A stretch of 64,000 bases of DNA, taken from assembly GCF_009914755.1 (NCBI RefSeq), contig NC_060944.1; one strand, given 5' to 3'. The stretch comes from the human T2T-CHM13v2.0 reference genome, Homo sapiens. Under the pieces are notes generated by a model that saw only the letters and a program-made list of their open reading frames with translations, did not search any database and was not told the origin of the DNA. The translations under genes and the position numbers were made by a program. Shown piece after piece: positions 59,103-64,000 of the stretch; the first letter of the stretch is position 1; the number at the start of each line of letters is the position of its first letter.

Positions 59103-59127
59103 ACAGTAGAGGGCAGCAGAGGGTGCC
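59103..59127 (+). promoter_or_regulatory. Two overlapping CTCF-like motifs
   Basis: ACAGTAGAGGGCAGC (59103-59117) and GCAGCAGAGGGTGCC (59113-59127) versus core CCASYAGRKGGCRSY, in a CpG-retaining non-repeat patch. Confidence 0.5.
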
Positions 59128-60122
59128 GTTTCAGGGTTCATTCGGCCGCACAGGCACAAGCTCCCTACCGGCTCGGCCTCAGCCGGAGGCCCTGGCAGAG
59201 CTAACAATGGCCGGCTCCGCCAAGGCGCGAGCAATGAGCTGGATAAAGTCTCAAGCGACCCCCAGCTCAGGCCTGATGGAGAAGCTGGTTATGTGCACAG
59301 CCTCTAACTCTGACCAACAGCAGGTTAGGTCAGAGGCAGGACTAAGGGGAGACACATTCCCGGTGTTTCTTTTCCTTGTCGGCATGTCCAGGGTGTGGGG
59401 CAGCTGCCGGATAACCCCAATTGGGGTTATCGTGGTGTTCAGGCTTCCCTGTCCCTCCTGCAAGCAGCGAGCAGTACCTTGAGCCTGCAGGGAACATATG
59501 AAGATGAAGAACCTCATCTTCTAACTCCTCCAGCTCCCAGAAAGCTTGCCTGGAAGCTTCCTCCTTGGGCATCCTCTCCCGGTGGGGATGGCTGGGCATG
59601 GCCAGACAGCCCTTCTTCCTTCCTCTCTCCATCAGTGCTGAGATGAGCACGGTGAAAATATCCAACAATGGGGAAGAGAAAAGATGGAGGCAAAATGCAA
59701 GCACTTGGAGAGGAAAGAGGGCCTGGGAAAAAAAAGTGAATCACATTTTGAGCCATTTTCCTTGTTTTTTGTTTCTAAAGATGCTGTTGCCCTAGCTCTG
59801 AGTATCAAGGTTAGTAAGTGATCCACGCAAAGACAGTGGGACTCTGGTTCCTTGTAGAAACCACCGATGAACCCAAGCTATTTTATTTTTTTAAATTTTA
59901 TTATAAGTTCCGGGATACATGTGCAGGATGTGCAGGTTTGTTACGTAGGTAAACGTGCCATGGTTGTTTACTGCACCTATCAACCCATCACCTAGGTATT
60001 TAGCACTGCATTCATTAGCTAGTTATCCTGATGCTGTCTCTACCCCTGCCCCACGACAGGCCCCAGTGTGTGTTGTTCCCCTCCCTGTGTTCATGTGTTC
60101 TCATTGTTCAGCTCCCATTTAT

Positions 60123-61078
60123 TATTATTATTTATTTTTTTGCAAAGTGAAAGCAAGGTTATTAAGAAACTAGGCCAGGCACAGTGGCTTACGCCTGTAA
60201 CCCCAGCACTTTGGGAGGCTGAGGGGGGTGGATCACGAGGTCAGGAGTTTAAGAGCAGCCTGGCTAACATGGAAACAAAACCCCGTCTCTACTAAAAGTA
60301 CAAAAAAAAAAAAAAAAAAGAAAAGAAAAAAAAATTAGCTGGGCGTGGTGGCAGTCGCCTGTAATTCCAGCTACTCGGGAGGCTGAGGCAGAGCATTGTT
60401 TGACCCCAGGAGGCGAGGTTGCAGTGAGCCTAGATCATGCCACTGCACTCCAGCCTGGGTGACAGAGTGAGACTCAAAAAAAAAAAAAAATGTAAAGGAA
60501 TAAAGGAATGGCTACTCCGTAAACAGAGCAACCCCTAGAGCTACTGGTTGCCTATTTTTATGGTTATTTCTTGATTATCTGCTAAACAAGGGGTGGATTA
60601 TTTATGCCTCCCCTTTTTAGACCATATAGGGTAACTTCCTGACATTGCCATGGCATATGTAAACTGTCATGGCGCTGGTTGGAGTGTAGCAGTGAGGATG
60701 GCCAGAGGTCACTCTCGTCGCCATCTTGGTTTTGGTGGGTTTTGGCTGGCTAATTTTTTTTCTTTTTTCTTTTTTTTTTTTAATAAGCAAGGTCTTTATG
60801 ATCTGTATTTTGTGCCGACCTCCTGTCTAATCCTGTGACTTAGAATTCCTTAACCGTCTGGGAATGCAGCCCTGTAGGTTTCAGCTTCATATTACCCAGC
60901 TCCTGTTTAAGATGAAGTTGCTCTGGTTCACATGCCTCTAACATTCCCTTTTATAAGAGAGCCCTTAATCCTAAGGGTTGCAGAGGGACAAAGATCCATC
61001 TTCTGTAACTTCTTCAGGCTGAATAGGGGCAATGATATTGTCTAACTATGAGGGTCTCTTGCATTCAGGGTAGAGAGG
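60123..61078 (-). mobile_element. MER41A-like ERV1 3' end (internal tail + U3-R + polyA), L1-mediated retrocopy
   Basis: LTR start tgttagaggcatgtgaaccagagcaact (minus strand) at 60943; ends just after the polyA signal, then an A-rich tail; 14-bp TSD. Confidence 0.85.
60173..60490 (+). mobile_element. AluS (Sg-like) with expanded middle A-rich linker, inside MER41
   Basis: Full dimer; A-rich linker at ~60300-60333. Confidence 0.95.
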
Positions 61079-62665
61079 CAGCTCCCACTTATGGGTGAGA
61101 ACATGCAGTGTGTGGTTTTCTGTTCTTGTGTTAGTTTGCTGAGGATGATGGCTTCTAGCTCCATCCACATCCCTGCAAAGGACATGACCTCTTTCCTCTT
61201 TATGGCTGCATAATATTCCATGGTGTATATGCACCACATTTTTTAATCCATTCTATCATTGATGGGCATTTGGGTTGATTCCGTGTGAACCTAAGCTAAT
61301 TTCTTACCCATTCCAGGTTTCATATTTTTATTCAGGCAGGCACCCCTCCCTGGAGTTTATCCATCTACCTCTCTGTCTGAAAGGAAGGTCTACTGGTCCC
61401 CACACTTACCTCATCCACCTGCTGAGCTGCCATACTCAGGACTGGCTCTTCCCCAGGCACTGGGAGCACCCATCCCAGGCCACGAGAAGATCAGTCAGCA
61501 GCTCCCAGCTTAGTAAAGTCAGCCTCAGTGTTGGTTGTGTTGTCCAGCGTGTTCTGGGGGTCAGATGTCCCATATTTTACCCAGATATCCTCATAACCCT
61601 GTTCTTGCCTGGGGTACTAACCCAACTAGCTCAATTCTGCTTGTGCCCTATTTCTTGGTTCCTGGACCCAGGAAGCACTTCCACCTCCCCAAGTTGTAGT
61701 TCTCATGTATAGAACTAAAGTTCGTGCCATCTCTGAGGACAAGGGGCAGCTTCTATGTTGTTTTTTTTAAAACAAAATATTTAACATAATATTTTTTAAA
61801 ACTTCTATTTCTTGGGGAACTCAAAGCATTCCTTGAGCCAAGGTCTGCTCCTCAGAGGTCATATTTGGGGGTGGTCCACAGAACCCGAGAGAAGGATGCT
61901 AGGGGAGCTGTAAGCAGAGGCTGGGGGTTCTGGTCCTTCTGCTCAGCCAGTCTCAGCTCCAAGGAGTGAGGCTCCATGTTGGATTCCTATCTCTGACAGT
62001 AACCATGGCCTGTCTTTTCTTTGCAAAACAATTCCAAATTTATCCTCTCTTCTTTCATTTAAGAAAATTAACTCCTGCGTTAAATTGTTCAGTCTAATTT
62101 CAATTGTTCAAATTGCTCAATCTTTGGTTCCCTCATAGCACCATCGTTTCACAAGGATCTTGGATGGAAGCCACTCTGGGTTTTAACTTCATAGTCTTTA
62201 TGTCATCATAATGCCCACGGTGCAGAGTGCAGGGTGCCTTAGCCCTGCCAATAAAGCCAGGACTGTTTAACACTCACTCCTTCCTAAACTGGGAGAGAGC
62301 GAATCTGGTTCAAAAGTGCACCAGAAATATAGAGCAATTGAGATGCTTAAAGATATGAAGCCCAAGAAATATTCCATTAAAAATGGCACAGTCTAAGGCA
62401 GCTCAAGCTCAAAATAAATGAAAGGTTCAGGCTGGGATAACCCCACCAACATATTCAAGAAGGGAGCTATTTCTGGATTGACCACATCTGACCTCCAGCT
62501 TCATTTCTTGCTGCTGTGGGGACTAGATAGGCAACAGGAGGAGAAAAGGAGAGGATTTTTTGGTTTTTAGGCCCAAGCCTCTGGCCCACACTGATCCCAA
62601 AGAGGGTCTCCTCAGTTGCTGCTGCCTTTCTGTCCTCTTCCAACTTATTTCCCCAAACGCAGGCC

Positions 62666-62883
62666 AGCGCTGTTCAATAGAACTTCGTGCCATGATAGAA
62701 AGATTCCATAACTGCTTGTGCAAAATGATAGCCACCTGCCTCGTGTGGCTACTGAGCACTTGAAATCTAGCTGCTGCAACTAAGGACGTATTTTTTTAAA
62801 CTTTATTTAACAGCAGTTAAAGTTTAAAAATTAAAATGGAAATAGCCATGCACAGCTAATGACTGTTGTAATGGATGATGCTG
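62666..62883. mobile_element. MER3 (hAT-Charlie)
   Basis: cagcgctgttcaatagaact...gtggctactgagcacttgaaat. Confidence 0.85.
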
Positions 62884-63295
62884 TTCTAGATGATTAATGA
62901 TCCTGGCTTGCTGTCATTCTCTCCAATATTGCATCTATCTTCATTCTTAATAGTTTCAGTGTGTGCACACATGATTCTTTGTAGAACCTGGCCTCTCAGT
63001 TATTGAACCCTGATTCTTCACCCATCCTATCCTCCACTCACTTTTATCATTGATTTGAGATGTCATTAGCAATAACTACAGCTCTGCTACTATCTTACTT
63101 TTAAGGACTTCCCTTTCTGACCATATTTCTAGTTTACTTTCTCTAGAATTCTAAGGCCAGCAATCCTGCAAGCCTACTAGGATATTCATCCCATTGATCC
63201 TACCACATTTCACCTTGTTGGTCCTGAATATTTTTATATTATTTTAATACAAAAAAATTAAAGCTTTGTTCTGGGATGTAGGTAAGGGGACAGAG

Positions 63296-63428
63296 GCTGG
63301 GTGCTGTGATGAGAGCCTGTAGTCCCAGCTGCTTGTAAGGCCGAGACAGGTGGATTGCTTAAGCCCAGGAGTTCAAATCCAGCCTAAGCAACAAAGTGAG
63401 ACCCTGTCTTAAAAAAAAAAATAAGAAA
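63296..63428 (+). mobile_element. FLAM inside an L1MC-like fragment (~63225-63960)
   Basis: Monomer with polyA. Confidence 0.8.
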
Positions 63429-63701
63429 ACAATTTTTGATCTTTTAGGATCTTGCTTTTAAGTTTTGCTCAATAAGGCCAGAGTAGCCCGATTTTGCCCC
63501 TCTGTTGAGATAATAACCTTCTGAGTACTCTACTGATGCCTGTGTGTTAGGAGGCTTTGCAGAAGAGCAGTGGTAAAACACTCGCTGTTTTACCTGCATG
63601 AGTGCTGCAGGCTGTCCCCTCCTCTCCTTTCTGATGGTTCTTCTTCAGCCTTGCCCACTTGCCTCACACTCAAGTATGCTCTGCTGAAGACCTATAGAGG
63701 A

Positions 63702-63860
63702 CTCTGGGCCCTCTGTGGCCGTCTGTGGATCTCTGCAGCCCTCTCCGGCCCTCTGCAGCTCCACGAGGCCCTCTGTGGCCCTCTGCAGTCCTCTGTAACC
63801 CTCTGTGACTCTCTGTGGCCCTCTGTGTCTCTCTGTGGCCCTCTAGCTCTCTGTGCCTCT
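63702..63860. repeat. 10-bp minisatellite (CTCTGTGGCC)n
   Basis: 13 in-register units at 63711-63840, plus degenerate flanks. Confidence 0.9.
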
Positions 63861-64000
63861 TTCAGTCTTCTAGAGTTCTCTATCTATGCAGTGGACCTCT
63901 CTGGGATTCTACCGCTGTAGCCTCCCCAGATTCCCAGCTCCATCTTCTAAACTCAGGGAGATCACTGGGTCCTGTACATATGTGTACACACACACACACA

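Larger units (their letters stand above)
59881..61285 (-). mobile_element. L1PA8-10-like 3' end split by the MER41 retrocopy
   Basis: 3'UTR 59881-60122 continues seamlessly at 61079-61285; TSD tgaacc(c/t)aagcta at 59868-59880 and 61286-61298. Confidence 0.92.

Noticed and set aside
63702-63860. Regular repeats as a possible CRISPR-like array
   Set aside because: Head-to-tail tandem units without unique spacers, in eukaryotic DNA.

Overview
Primate (human-like) genomic DNA: repeat-rich, intergenic or intronic, with no protein-coding exon I can recognise. Almost all ORFs in the track come from Alu, L1, MaLR/ERV LTRs or low-complexity sequence. Contents: about 15 Alu/FLAM copies, many L1 fragments of different ages, full-length THE1 and MST MaLR proviruses, solo LTRs, L2/MIR copies and DNA-transposon fossils. 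Subfamily names come from recalled consensus sequences and need RepeatMasker/Dfam confirmation. The most notable structures are: (1) a MER41A ERV 3' end that appears to have been retrocopied by L1 machinery (polyA tail, no U5, 14-bp TSD), nested inside an L1PA and itself hit by an Alu; (2) a candidate AP-1/TATA/Inr promoter at ~20.7 kb with a plausible two-exon transcript, a CA-rich intron and a 44-aa spliced sORF; (3) a ~1.1-kb 3'UTR-like insertion replacing part of an old L1; (4) a twin-primed L1PB with a 19-bp TSD; (5) tail-less Alus flanked by TSDs; (6) a 71-bp local duplication. I see no convincing novel multi-gene system, and I cannot name the locus from sequence alone.
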